Shown: one piece after another, positions 1 through 10,800 of the stretch
Numbering within the stretch: position 1 is the stretch's first letter
How the letters are laid out: the number at the start of each line of letters is the position of its first letter
Source: Terriglobia bacterium
Lineage (GTDB): Bacteria; Acidobacteriota; Terriglobia; Acidiferrales; UBA7541
Reading direction: 5' to 3'
Assembly: GCA_041485165.1 (NCBI GenBank)
Contig: JBGPJC010000003.1
Coordinates: forward strand, 17-64,016
Length of the DNA: 64,000 nt
Program-made: the position numbers and the translations under genes
Notes under the pieces: generated by a model
What the model was told of the DNA's origin: nothing
Seen by the model: the letters and a program-made list of their open reading frames with translations, nothing else
The model's database searches: none

Positions 1-163
1 GCTTCATGTCCGTCACCACCAGGTCCACTTTTTCCGCGCGCAGCAGGCGCAAGCCGGCTTCGGCATCGGGAGCGGAGAGCGTGGAAAAGCCCTCCTCGGC
101 CAGGCTCAGTTCGAGCAGCCGGAGCATTTTCGGCTCGTCTTCCACCAGCAGGATGGTCGGCAT
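1..163 (-). CDS. response regulator, receiver domain (N-terminal part only; gene runs off the window start)
   Basis: Minus-strand ATG at 163-161. My translation is MPTILLVEDEPKMLRLLELSLAEEGF...KVDLVVTDMK, showing the CheY-like acidic pocket (VEDE) and the DLVVTD phospho-acceptor motif. It lies 64 nt downstream of the histidine kinase on the same strand. Confidence 0.8.
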   Translation of the reverse strand, partial: MPTILLVEDEPKMLRLLELSLAEEGFSTLSAPDAEAGLRLLRAEKVDLVVTDMK

Positions 164-226
164 CGAGTTCTTACCGTTGGTCTCGCGCTTTTCTCTCTTC
201 ACGATAGATAAGAGGCGCGCGCGGCG

Positions 227-1486
227 CTACGGGTTTCCTTCCGCCGGGAAAAATACACGGAAACAGGCGCCGTGGCCAGGCTCGCAAGTCACGCGGATCG
301 AGCCGCGGTGATCGTCCACAATTTTCGAAACAATCGAAAGACCCAGACCAACTCCGGCGGCTTTGGTGGTCACAAACGGATTGAATATCTGCTCGCGTAG
401 CTCGGCCGCGATGCCCGGGCCGGAGTCGCGTATCTCGATGGAGATGCCCGGTCGGCCGTCGTCGCGCGCCGGGGCCAGGGTCACGCGCAGCGTGCCGCCT
501 TTGGCGGCCATAGACTCATAGGCGTTCTGCGCCAGGTTGATGAACACTTGTTCGCACAAGCCGGCGTCGAGCTTTACGGCAGGCAGCGCGGGGGCGAAAT
601 CGCGCTCGACGGTTACTTTGGTTTCAGGCTGGCTGTCGCGTACCGCCTTAAGCGCGCGCTCGAGTATCTCCGGGACTTTTTCTTCGCGCAGCTCGAGCCG
701 CGAAGGTCGCGCAAAGTCCAGAAAGCGGCTGACCAGCGCGTTTACCCGGTTGACTTCGGTAGAAATGTATCCGGCCAGCTCGCTGGCCAGGGGATCTGAG
801 GTTTTCACCTTTTGCGCCAGCATCTCCGCTGAGCCTTTGATCACCCCCAGCGGGTTGCGGATTTCGTGCGCCAGTCCCGCGGAGAGCTGGCCCAACGCCG
901 CCAGCCGCTCGGAGCGGCGGGCCTCCGCCTCGGCGTGCTCGAGGCGGCGGTTGGTCTCCGCCAGGGTTTCCGCCAGCCGCTGCTGCGCCAGCGTCTGCCT
1001 GCGGCTCTCGACTACGAAACGGTTCACCAGGATCGCGGCGATATAGAAAAAAAGAATACGGATGGCCAGCTCAGTGGCTCCGCTGGGCGTGAGTTGATAT
1101 TCCTCCATCGCCGGGAGCAGAAATGAGCAGTACGCCAGGGAGGCCAGCGTGGTCCAGAGCAGCGTGCCCCAGGGGCCGAAGTAAGTGGCCGCAGTGACCA
1201 CGGGAAGGTAGTAAATCGGGTAGTAGCTGCTATTGATGCCGAGTTGCCCGGTGTGATCAATCAGCAGCGTGGCCAGCAGGATCTTGATCCCCACACTGTA
1301 GGCGCGGCCGTGGACCGGCATCCAGGCAATGATGCGGCCTTCGAAGATCTGGGAGACCCCGATAGCCACCAGGATCATCTGCTTGTGCGGCTCGCGGACC
1401 GGCTCAAGGGCTGCCAGACCCCCGAGAAACACGAGCCATACCAGATCCATCCATTCAAAACGCGCGCGCGTTTGCTGTTCCATCAC
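227..1486 (-). CDS. membrane-bound sensor histidine kinase (HisKA + HATPase_c)
   Basis: 419-aa ORF. The N-terminal half is hydrophobic and multi-TM. H-box is LAHEIRNPLGVIKGSAEML. N, G1 and G2 boxes are present (NLAQNAYESM, IRDSGPGI, GVGLGLSIV). Confidence 0.9.
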   Translation of the reverse strand: MMEQQTRARFEWMDLVWLVFLGGLAALEPVREPHKQMILVAIGVSQIFEGRIIAWMPVHGRAYSVGIKILLATLLIDHTGQLGINSSYYPIYYLPVVTAATYFGPWGTLLWTTLASLAYCSFLLPAMEEYQLTPSGATELAIRILFFYIAAILVNRFVVESRRQTLAQQRLAETLAETNRRLEHAEAEARRSERLAALGQLSAGLAHEIRNPLGVIKGSAEMLAQKVKTSDPLASELAGYISTEVNRVNALVSRFLDFARPSRLELREEKVPEILERALKAVRDSQPETKVTVERDFAPALPAVKLDAGLCEQVFINLAQNAYESMAAKGGTLRVTLAPARDDGRPGISIEIRDSGPGIAAELREQIFNPFVTTKAAGVGLGLSIVSKIVDDHRGSIRVTCEPGHGACFRVFFPAEGNP

Positions 1487-1568
1487 GGTGGTATCTGCAA
1501 GCCCAATCTAGCACGGCCGCCGCCGTCCAGGTCATCTCCTCGTATTTCGGCATCCTGTGTTTGATAGA

Positions 1569-2576
1569 ATGCCTGACATCATGAAAATAAATCCTAACTC
1601 ACCGCAAGCCCGGACCGGCCGCTGGTGCGTCATCCTGTTTGCCGTCGCGCTCACGCCGCTGTGCGCGCCCAGGCCGGCGAGCGCCTGGGGTTGCAAAGGC
1701 CACCAGACCGTCGCCCTGATCGCCCAGATGCACCTCTCAGGTCACGCCCGGAAAGCGGTGCGGAAAATTCTGCAAGACAGCCCCATCGATCCAAAACTGA
1801 AGCGCTACTGCGACCCCAAGCATCTCGATCCGATGGCCGACGGCTCCACCTGGCCCGACGACATACGCAAGGAGCGGCCGGAGGCCACACCCTGGCACTA
1901 CATTGACATCCCACGCGGCGCAACACTGGAGAGCGCGAAGTCCGCATGCCCGGCCGGGGAAGGATGCCTCGCGCGGGCCATCCGCGAACAGATCGCGCTT
2001 CTACGCAGCGCTGATTCTTCGCCACAGAAGCGCGCCGAGGCGCTGCGCTTCCTGATTCACTTCGTCGGAGACATGCACCAGCCGCTGCACGACACCACCA
2101 ACAACGACCAGGGGGGAAATTGTGTTCCGGTGGCCTGGTTCGGAAAAACTCCTGCGATTACCGATCCCCTCAAAGAGAGCTATCGCCCCAACCTGCACGG
2201 CGTCTGGGACACCGACATTGTCGAGCGCGTGTCTACAGGTCAGAACTCCGCGCAACTCGCGCGCAGCCTGGACGCGGCATTCCATTCGAAAATGAAATCC
2301 TGGAAGAAAGCGGGAACGGATGTGGATGCCTGGGCTTGGGAAGGCTACCAACTGGCTGAGCATGTGGTTTACGGCAAGTTACCCCATGCGATTCCCATCG
2401 AAGTGCTTCAGCCTGTCCAACAGTGCAGCGATGCGGATCACATATCAGCGCGCATGCTGAAGCTTAATGAGCAGCTTGATGAACCCTACTTCGAAGCTGC
2501 CTCGCCGGTGGTCCGCGAACAACTGGCCAAAGCTGGGGTACGCCTGGCTATGCTGCTGAACGAAATCTGGCGGTAG
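1569..2576 (+). CDS. S1/P1-family nuclease, secreted
   Basis: Signal peptide ends ...PASAWG, so the mature N-terminal Trp ligand is present. WHYIDIP and HFVGDMHQPLH motifs are typical of S1/P1 nucleases. The ORF opens at GTG 1557 and the first ATG is at 1569, so the exact start is uncertain. Confidence 0.85.
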   Translation: MPDIMKINPNSPQARTGRWCVILFAVALTPLCAPRPASAWGCKGHQTVALIAQMHLSGHARKAVRKILQDSPIDPKLKRYCDPKHLDPMADGSTWPDDIRKERPEATPWHYIDIPRGATLESAKSACPAGEGCLARAIREQIALLRSADSSPQKRAEALRFLIHFVGDMHQPLHDTTNNDQGGNCVPVAWFGKTPAITDPLKESYRPNLHGVWDTDIVERVSTGQNSAQLARSLDAAFHSKMKSWKKAGTDVDAWAWEGYQLAEHVVYGKLPHAIPIEVLQPVQQCSDADHISARMLKLNEQLDEPYFEAASPVVREQLAKAGVRLAMLLNEIWR

Positions 2577-2637
2577 CGCCGCGGCGTAACCCCGTCACTC
2601 TGAGGACCCGAAGGGCCAGAAGAACCTCTCCCGTGGT

Positions 2638-3108
2638 TCAGATCTTGCAGTGGCTGAGGCCGCGCTTCTCCAGGTACTGCTGGTGGTAATCCTCGGCGCG
2701 GTAAAACGTCGTGGCGGGAGTAATCTCGGTGACCACGGGACGCCAGAACTTCCCGCTTTTCTGTAGCGCATCCATTGAAGCCCGGGCGGCAACCTCCTGT
2801 TCGGGTGTGTGGAAGAAGATCGCCGAGCGGTACTGCGAGCCCACGTCCGGGCCCTGCCGGTTCATGGTGGTGGGGTCGTGGTTTTCCCAGAAGACTTGCA
2901 GAAGTTGTTCGTAGGAGCAGCGCGCCGGGTCGTAATCCACTTCCACCACCTCGGCGTGCCCGGTGTCGCCCGTGCAGACATCCTTATAGGTGGGATCGTT
3001 GAAATTCCCACCCTCATAGCCAACTGCGGCGCCGGTGACGCCGGTCACTTGCCGGAACGCCGCCTCTACTCCCCAGAAGCACCCTGCTCCAAACGTGGCC
3101 TTGGCCAT
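2638..3108 (-). CDS. msrA: peptide-methionine (S)-S-oxide reductase
   Basis: [18 protein letters not shown]... contains the canonical GCFWG active-site motif. The GHAEVVEV and YHQQYL motifs are also present. The start was moved to the internal ATG at 3108, just upstream of the conserved domain. Confidence 0.93.
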   Translation of the reverse strand: MAKATFGAGCFWGVEAAFRQVTGVTGAAVGYEGGNFNDPTYKDVCTGDTGHAEVVEVDYDPARCSYEQLLQVFWENHDPTTMNRQGPDVGSQYRSAIFFHTPEQEVAARASMDALQKSGKFWRPVVTEITPATTFYRAEDYHQQYLEKRGLSHCKI

Positions 3109-3279
3109 CCTCGTGCGCTCCTCCGATGCGTTTGATGCGCCGACTCCGAAACCCGATTCTCTCATATCTCGCCGCCCCATCCGGGTGTGGAGATGGCTCG
3201 ACTGGCGGGAATTCGTCCGAACCAGCGCGCCGGGCTGGAATCCCGCGTCCCACCTTGCTAATCTGCTTCTTCTTCAGCA

Positions 3280-4926
3280 ATGGCCGTCAGGCAGAACGAT
3301 CCAGGGATCACATTGTCACCAGAGCAGCCCAAATCGGAATCGGTGAACCCCTGGGCCCCGCTGCGCCAGCCGCTGTTCCGTGCTTTGTGGACGGGGTCGG
3401 TAGTCTCCAACATCGGGACGTGGATGCAGAATGTTGGCGTCGCCTGGCTGATGACGTCGCTTGCGCCAACGCCGCTGATGGTGGCCCTGGTCCAGACCGC
3501 GGCAACTCTTCCCGTGTTTTTCGTCGCCTTGCCGGCCGGCGCGCTGGCCGACGTGGTAGATCGCCGGCGCCTGCTGCTGGTGACTCAAGGCTGGATGATG
3601 GCTGCCGCCGGAATCCTGGGCGTGCTGACGCTTGCCGGCCTCACCACGCCGCAGACTTTGCTCTGGCTCACCTTCATGTTGGGACTCGGCGACGCCATGA
3701 ACAATCCCGCCTGGGGCGCCATCGTCCCGGAGATCGTCCCGCGCTCCGACCTCTCCTCTGCACTTAGCCTCAATTCCGTAGGCTATAACCTCGCGCGCGC
3801 GGTGGGCCCGGCGCTGGGAGGACTCGTGGTGGCCGCGGCGGGCGCGGGGTCGGCGTTCTTGTTCAACGCGGCTTCCTTTCTCGCGGTGATGTTCGTGCTC
3901 TTCCGTTGGCGGCGCGCTCCCATGCAGACCACGCTCCCGGCGGAGCAGATCCTCGGCGCGGTGCGCTCGGGCCTGCGCTACGTGCGCAATGCCCCGCCGG
4001 TGAAGGCGGTCCTGGTGCGCTCGTTTGTATTCATTTTCTCGGCCAGCGCTCTCTGGGCGCTGTTGCCGCTGGTGGCGCTCCAGCAGTTGGGACAAGGCTC
4101 CATCGGCTACGGCGGGCTGCTTACTTGCCTGGGGCTGGGCGCGGTGCTCGGCGCTGCATTCCTGCCCGGGTTGCGTGCCAAGCTGGCCGTGGATGTGTTC
4201 ACCGCCGCGGCGACGGTGGTCTTCGGGCTGGCGATGTTTGCGCTCCCCTCTCTTCCTTACAAGCCGCTGCTTTACGCCGCTATGATGCTTGCCGGCGGCG
4301 CCTGGCTGACCGTTCTGGTCAGCATGAATGTGGCGGTGCAGAACTCGACGCCGGTCTGGGTTCGGGCGCGGGCGCTGGCCGTTTACATTCTTGTTTTCCA
4401 GGGCGGATTCGCCATCGGCAGCCTTTTCTGGGGGTGGGTGGCTAAATTCTCAGGAGTTCCCACTGCGCTGGAGGCCGCTGGGATCGTCCTCTGTGCGGGC
4501 ATCATCATCACCAATCGTTATCCGCTTTCTTCCGCCGAGGGTCTGGACCTGCGGCCGGCGGCGAGAATGGCGGAGCTGGAAGCGCTGGACCACCCCGCGC
4601 CCGAACAAGGGCCGGTCATGGTGACCATCGAATACCGTGTGGATCCTGAAAGCGGGGTGGAGTTCGCCGAAGCGATGCGCGCAGTCCGGCGCATCCGCGT
4701 GCGCGACGGCGCCATCCAGTGGGGATTGTTCCACGATTTGGCCGACTCCGGGCGTTTCCTGGAGACGTTTGTGGTGGAATCCTGGGCCGAGCACCTGCGC
4801 CAGCACGACCGGGTGACCGCGGATGACCGCGCCATTCTGATCAGCGCCCAATCCTTCCACGTCGGCGAGGCCCCTCCGCGGATCTCCCATTTGATTTACA
4901 GCTATCCGCGAGGCGGCGAGCTGTAA
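3280..4926 (+). CDS. MFS transporter (EntS/MFS_3-like) with a soluble C-terminal extension
   Basis: About 12 predicted TM segments in the first ~410 aa. The VDRxDRR-like motif (ADVVDRRRLLL) is typical of the MFS_3 'transmembrane secretion effector' family. The last ~130 aa are hydrophilic. Confidence 0.85.
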   Translation: MAVRQNDPGITLSPEQPKSESVNPWAPLRQPLFRALWTGSVVSNIGTWMQNVGVAWLMTSLAPTPLMVALVQTAATLPVFFVALPAGALADVVDRRRLLLVTQGWMMAAAGILGVLTLAGLTTPQTLLWLTFMLGLGDAMNNPAWGAIVPEIVPRSDLSSALSLNSVGYNLARAVGPALGGLVVAAAGAGSAFLFNAASFLAVMFVLFRWRRAPMQTTLPAEQILGAVRSGLRYVRNAPPVKAVLVRSFVFIFSASALWALLPLVALQQLGQGSIGYGGLLTCLGLGAVLGAAFLPGLRAKLAVDVFTAAATVVFGLAMFALPSLPYKPLLYAAMMLAGGAWLTVLVSMNVAVQNSTPVWVRARALAVYILVFQGGFAIGSLFWGWVAKFSGVPTALEAAGIVLCAGIIITNRYPLSSAEGLDLRPAARMAELEALDHPAPEQGPVMVTIEYRVDPESGVEFAEAMRAVRRIRVRDGAIQWGLFHDLADSGRFLETFVVESWAEHLRQHDRVTADDRAILISAQSFHVGEAPPRISHLIYSYPRGGEL

Positions 4927-4947
4927 ACGGGGGCCGCGGAAAGAGAA

Positions 4948-5148
4948 TCACGCGTACTGGATGCGGCACCCGGTGCGTTCCGCCAGAGCATAGAAACAGT
5001 TCGGGTGGTAGCTCACGTCCCCGTGCGTGGGACTGGGGATGCACTTGGTTTCCGGCGGAATGACCACGCCGCACCGCGGGCAGAATTGGTTGGTGCATTT
5101 TTGCTTGATCACATGGAAGGTCAGTACGTTTTTCACCGGCATTGGCAT
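4948..5148 (-). CDS. small Cys-rich hypothetical protein (possible zinc ribbon)
   Basis: 66-aa ORF with C-x4-C-x2-C (CTNQFCPRCG) plus later Cys and His residues. No other support is available. Confidence 0.35.
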   Translation of the reverse strand: MPMPVKNVLTFHVIKQKCTNQFCPRCGVVIPPETKCIPSPTHGDVSYHPNCFYALAERTGCRIQYA

Positions 5149-5270
5149 CTCCCTCAGAGAGCGTGCTGGACCCCTCCTAGTATAGGGAAGGGGAGGGCGC
5201 TGGCAAGAGCGAAACGCGGAGAAAGATTGCGAAAGTTTCTACTCCGTGAATTCGCTCCGCCGGACCCCGG

Positions 5271-7193
5271 CTAGCCGGGCAAGCCCAGCCGCTTTAGATA
5301 CTCTTTGAAGCGCGGGTCGGAACGGATGGGATCCAGCTTAGGGTCAACCTTCAATCGGGCCACGCCGATGTCGTGCTGTTGAAAGGCCTTTTCCAGCCAC
5401 AGGAATGCCTTGTCTTTCTCTCCCAGCGCGCAATAGGTCACCACCAGATGGTAGGGATTCACGTAGGAGTGCGCTACCTGCTCGTTGAGGTGGTTGACGA
5501 TCCAGCGGCGCACCTCCTGGATTCCTCCGCTGGCGTATGCGCGGCGGAAAGCCAGGGCACGCTCGCCCGGCGTGTCGCCGATGATCATGGTTTTTTCATA
5601 TTCTTTCACTGCTTCATCGTACATGCCCTTCTGGTTGTAAACCCACCAGAGGTAGACGTGAGCGGGGAAGAAGTGTGGATCCATCTCCAGCGTCTTGCGC
5701 AGGACGGGGATGGCCTCGTCATAGCGGCGGGCGTCGTAGAGAACGTAGCCGACCACGGCATTAATGATCAGCGAGAGCGGGTCGAGTTCCAGCGCACGCT
5801 GGATCTCCGCCAGCGCTTCCTCGTGCCGGCCCTGCGCGGAGAGATATTCCGCCCGCCACTGGTGCGTGGTGGCCAGCCCGGGATTAATCTCCAGAGCCCG
5901 CTCGAACTCCGCATCCGCCGTCTTCAAATCGCGGTCGTATTCCCAGGCGATCTCTGCCTGTAGGGCATGCGGGCTGGCCAGTTCCTTGTCGATCTCCAGA
6001 GCTTTCTTGGCTGCTTCCCGGGCCTTGGGATAGGCCTCGCTGGCCGGAATGACCAGCCAGGCGCCCAGGACCGCATAGGACTCACCCAACCCGGCGTAGG
6101 CCGGCGCGTAGTTGGGATCCTTCTCGATGGCGGAGCGGAATTCTTCCAGGCTCTTTCTCAGATCCTTCTCAGTGCGCTTGCCCCAATAATAACGGCCCTT
6201 CAAATAGTTTTCATACGCCGCTGGGTTCACCGCGGGCGCCACGCTCACGCTAGCTGGGCGGGCGGGGAGAAGCTGCAAAGGCAGGGAGCGGACCACGCTG
6301 GCGGCAACGTCGCGCTGGATGGCGATTACATCAGAAGCATCGCGATCATAGCTCTCCGCCCACAATGGGCTCTGGTCGCGGGTGCGGATGAGCCGCACGG
6401 AGATGCGCAGCCGGCCATTGGCCCGGCGAACGCTGCCCTCCAGCACGAAATCCACATTCAATTCGCGGCCGATCTGCTGGACAATTTTGTTGGTGTTCTT
6501 GTACTGCATGGTCGTGGTTCGTGCGATCACGCCGAGTTCCTGAGGATGCGACTGGGCCAATTCGGTGATCAGCTCGTCGGTCATGCCATCTGAAAAATAA
6601 TCCTCGCCTGGATCGGCATCGAGCTGGCCAAAGGGCAGAACCACCAGGTGCAACCGGTCGGGAGCGGGCTTCACCGCGTTGGAGAACACCGGGCGGAAGA
6701 AATATACCGCGGTGCTCAGCAGAACCAGGGCCATCAGCGCGAAGACTGCGGTGGGCATCCGGAATCCACGCAGCGCCACTCCCGTTGCCGGCGCGGGCGA
6801 CGTTTCCGCCGCCAACGGACGTTGCGGGAAAGTCTCCTGGAGAGCAAGCTCGGGTCCTACCGGTTTGACCGGAGCGATAAAGCAATAGCCGCGGCGGGGA
6901 ACTGTCTTGATGAAAAGAGGATTGTCCGCGGAATCGCCGAGCGTGCGACGAAGCTTGTTCAAAGCGGTGTTCAGGTTGGCGTCAAAATCAACAAAAGTGT
7001 CCGCCGGCCACACTCGCTGGCGCAACTGTTCCCGCGTGACCAGCTCGCCGGCCTGCTCCAGCAGAAGCGCCAGGACCTGAAACGGCTTCTCCTGTAACTT
7101 GATGTTTTCGCCGTTTCGCCTCAGCTCGCCGCGGCGCAAATCGGCTTCGAATGATCCGAAGCGCACGCGCTCGATAGAATTGGTTTGTTCCAT
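5271..7193 (-). CDS. CadC/OmpR-type winged-helix transcriptional regulator with TM segment and TPR repeats
   Basis: The N-terminus (FGSFEADLRRGELRRNGENIKLQEKPFQVLALLLE...VPRRGYCF) is a Trans_reg_C wHTH domain. One hydrophobic segment follows (AVFALMALVLLSTAVYFF). The C-terminal third carries repeated TPR-like helices. Confidence 0.85.
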   Translation of the reverse strand: MEQTNSIERVRFGSFEADLRRGELRRNGENIKLQEKPFQVLALLLEQAGELVTREQLRQRVWPADTFVDFDANLNTALNKLRRTLGDSADNPLFIKTVPRRGYCFIAPVKPVGPELALQETFPQRPLAAETSPAPATGVALRGFRMPTAVFALMALVLLSTAVYFFRPVFSNAVKPAPDRLHLVVLPFGQLDADPGEDYFSDGMTDELITELAQSHPQELGVIARTTTMQYKNTNKIVQQIGRELNVDFVLEGSVRRANGRLRISVRLIRTRDQSPLWAESYDRDASDVIAIQRDVAASVVRSLPLQLLPARPASVSVAPAVNPAAYENYLKGRYYWGKRTEKDLRKSLEEFRSAIEKDPNYAPAYAGLGESYAVLGAWLVIPASEAYPKAREAAKKALEIDKELASPHALQAEIAWEYDRDLKTADAEFERALEINPGLATTHQWRAEYLSAQGRHEEALAEIQRALELDPLSLIINAVVGYVLYDARRYDEAIPVLRKTLEMDPHFFPAHVYLWWVYNQKGMYDEAVKEYEKTMIIGDTPGERALAFRRAYASGGIQEVRRWIVNHLNEQVAHSYVNPYHLVVTYCALGEKDKAFLWLEKAFQQHDIGVARLKVDPKLDPIRSDPRFKEYLKRLGLPG

Positions 7194-7896
7194 GCCCCCG
7201 GGCCCCAGCTACTTTCCCAAGCAGCTCTTCGGACCGCAGATCGAAGGCGATTTCGCGCCGATTCTTGCGCCCTGCGTGCTGCGCTTAGACGCAAGAAATC
7301 GTGCGCTCCGCATCTCGACGAGCGTCCCCTCTGTCAACTTAGACGATACTTAGTTCATTTTTGTTTCTTGTGGTTGCGAATAAAATTCATTTTTGTTTCA
7401 GCAGTTCATGGGCCGTGAGAGTCAGGGATTGCTTCCGGTTGAACCCACAGCCCTTTGCCGATTGGAGGAATCAGAATCACTTCCACGCAGCATTCAGACT
7501 GCCTACCAAAATGCGTAGGAAACTACGAAAATCCGCCTCCTTCACACACCCCGCTGTCTTCCTTTCGTAATCTTCGAACCACTATCCCTCATGAACTGCG
7601 CGTCCTGTTGATTCATTGAGACTCGGATGCGCAAACAAGACAAGCAGTTGCCGGTTCAGGTTTGACTCAGAACGAATTGAGCACCAGATCAGAGCAATTG
7701 CCGACAGGACTGCATATCTTCCCGCTGGACCCGTGGAATCTAGGTCTTGGGTCTCGAGGCGCATGTCCCAGGCAGGACGGGTTGGTTTTGTTTCAAGGGA
7801 CCACGAAATCCGGAATGCATTAGGTCCAAAGAGCGAAACAGTTCCGATCAATGGCCCGGTTGCAAAGCGACTTCATAAATCGTTAAAGGAGCCATC

Positions 7897-10800
7897 ATGA
7901 ATCAAAAGCAAAAGGAAGTGATGTCCCGCATCCGGACAGTGTCCGAAATCGGGCGGGCCATGCTGCTCCTCTCTGCCGCGTTGCTTCTGGTCGTGGCAGG
8001 AACAGGGACAGCTCTGGCTCAGAGCCAATACGGCACGGTCAGCGGACGGGTACTGGATTCTACCGGCGCGACCGTTCCGGATGCCAAGCTCGTCTTGGCC
8101 AATCTGGCGACCAATGCAAAACAGGAGGGCAAGTCCGGGGCAGACGGCTTGTACCTGTTTGCAAACGTAATCGCCGGCGAGTACACGGTTACCGCTGAGA
8201 AAGCCGGATTCAAGAAAACCTCGGTGCGGATCATTGTGGATGTGGCGCAGCGGCTCACCGCGGACATTTCCCTGGAAGTGGGGCAGGTGACCGAGACGGT
8301 CACCGTCAGCGCCGTCTCCGTGGAAGTCAACACCGTTTCCGGTGATCTCTCCAGAGTAATCACACCGCGGGAAATGGAGAGTCTTCCCCTGCTCACCTTG
8401 AATCCTTACAACCTGATCGCACTCACGGCGGGCGCGGCGCAGACCAGCGCGGTGCTCGGTGATGCCCGCGGGGCAACTGGCGGCATCTCCGGAGAGGGCG
8501 GCGGTTTTGCCATCAACGGCGCGCGTACTTCCGCGGTCGCCTACCTCATGGACGGCGGAGAGAATACCGACACCTTCACGGCCAGCCCGGCGCAGACCGT
8601 GCCAGTGGACGCCGTCGAGGAATTCCGTGTGCAGACCAACAACATGACCTCGGAATTCGGCCGCAACGCCGCGGTCACCAACCTGATCACCAAGTCCGGC
8701 ACGAACGCATTCCACGGCAGCGCTTACGAGTATTATCGCGGCGCCGCGCTTTCCACCAACCCGTTCGACAACAACGCCAGGGGCCTGCCCAAGCCGAACT
8801 TTGTCCGCAACCAGTTCGGCGCTTCCAGCGGCGGACCGATCTTCAAGGACAAGACGTTCTTCTTCGGCTCGTTCGAAGCAATTCGCGTGCGCAGCTCGGC
8901 GACCAGCACGTTTATCGTTCCCAACGCGAACTTTTTGGCCGACGCGGCTCCCAGTGCCGTGTCTTTCCTCAACGCCTTCGGCGGCGCGCCCACGAGCGAT
9001 CCGAACAATTGCTTGACCGCTCAGACCATCGTGGAGACCGTCGAGGGCAATGGCGCCGGCACATACGCAGCCAATCCCTTGATCAATCCCAATACCAACG
9101 CGGTCATCCCGGCCGGCACCAGCCTGCTCTGCCGCGCCTCGGTGCTCGGCCCGGTGGATGCCGGCGGAGGCTTGGCGCAGAATACCTGGCTGGCCACCGG
9201 CCGCATTGACCACCGCTTCACGCAGAACACCGCGTTGTTTGGGCGTTATGCTTTCGCCCGCAGCGACAACCCCCCGGGCGCCAACAGCCTCAGCCCCTAT
9301 CAGGGTTTCAACACGGGCATCGCCACCCGCAGCCAGAATGGCAATCTCACCCTCTCGCATACCTTTAGTCCCAAGGTCTTCAGCGAGACTCGCGCCAGTT
9401 ACAACCGTTTCTCTCAGGACCAGCCGCTAGCGTCGGCTCCAATCACGGCGCCGTGCTTGACCTACTTGAACACATTGAATACGCCATCGGGAGAGCCCAT
9501 CGTTTTTCCCGGTTATCTCCCCACGGTCTGCGCCTTCGCCAGCCTGCCTTCCGGTGGTCCGCAGAACGTGTACCAGGCATATCAGGGTTTCACTTGGGCG
9601 CACGGCCGGCATACTTTCAAGTTCGGCGGCGGCTACACCCACATCCGCGACAACCACACTTTCGGCGCTCTCTCCAGCGCTTTCGAGCGGACCAATAGTT
9701 TTCAGGGACTGCTTAACGGCACCGTCGACCGCATCCAGGTGGCCATCAATCCCCGGGGGCACGTGCCCGGAGATGTTTACAGCACCGCCACCGACGGACC
9801 CTTCATCTCTCCCAGCTTCACGCGTCACTACCACTACAACGAAACGGCGTTCTACGGAGAGGATTCGGTCAAGCTCACCCGTCGTCTTACCGTCACCGCC
9901 GGCTTGCGCTGGGAATACTTTGGCGTGCTGCACAGCCCGGACGGCGAGCGTGGTCTGGACGCAAACCTTTTCCTGAACTCCCTCGGCAGCGTGGCGCCGC
10001 TGGTGGCAGGGAAGGACATCTTCCAGCAAGTGCGCGACGCGCGTTTCTCCCGCACCACCCAACTCTACCGGCCGGACTACAATAACTTTGGCCCCCGGCT
10101 TGGCTTCGCTTACGACGTGTTCGGCAACGGACGCACCGTGGTTCGCGGCGGATACGGTCTCTTCTACGACCGCAACTTCGGCAATGCCCTGTTCAACGTG
10201 ATCCAGAACCCGCCGAACTATTCGGTGATTACCCTGTCGGGTGCCGCGCTGACCACCATCAACCCCAACCAGTTTACCCAGTTGGGCAACGTCGGCGGTG
10301 CCGCACTCACCATCACCAGCTCGGCGCGCATGCTCGACAACAACTTGAGGACGGCCTACAGTGAACAGTGGAACCTCACCGTCGAACATGACCTGTTCGG
10401 CAAGGGCCTGGTCGCCTCGGTGTCCTACGTTGGCACCAACGGCTTCAGGCTCTACTCGCTGAACAACCTCAATCCCATCGGTGGTTGCGTCCGTGACCCT
10501 TCCATCAACGCCGTCTGCAACCCCGCTTCGGCTGCAGGCAGCTTCAGGGCCTCTCGCCTCAACCAGTCCGGGCTGACTGGTATGAACCGCCGCGGCAACG
10601 AAGGCTTCTCGCGCTACAACGGGTTGTCTTTCGAACTCCGCTCCCGCCAGATCGGCAACACCGGCCTGCTGCTTTCCGGCAACTACACCTGGGCGCACTC
10701 CCTGGATAACGAGAGTTCCTTCTTTGGCGACAGTGCCTTTGAAGGGGCTTTCGGCTTCGGGTTCCGCGATCCCTACAACCCCGCATTGGACAAATCCAGC

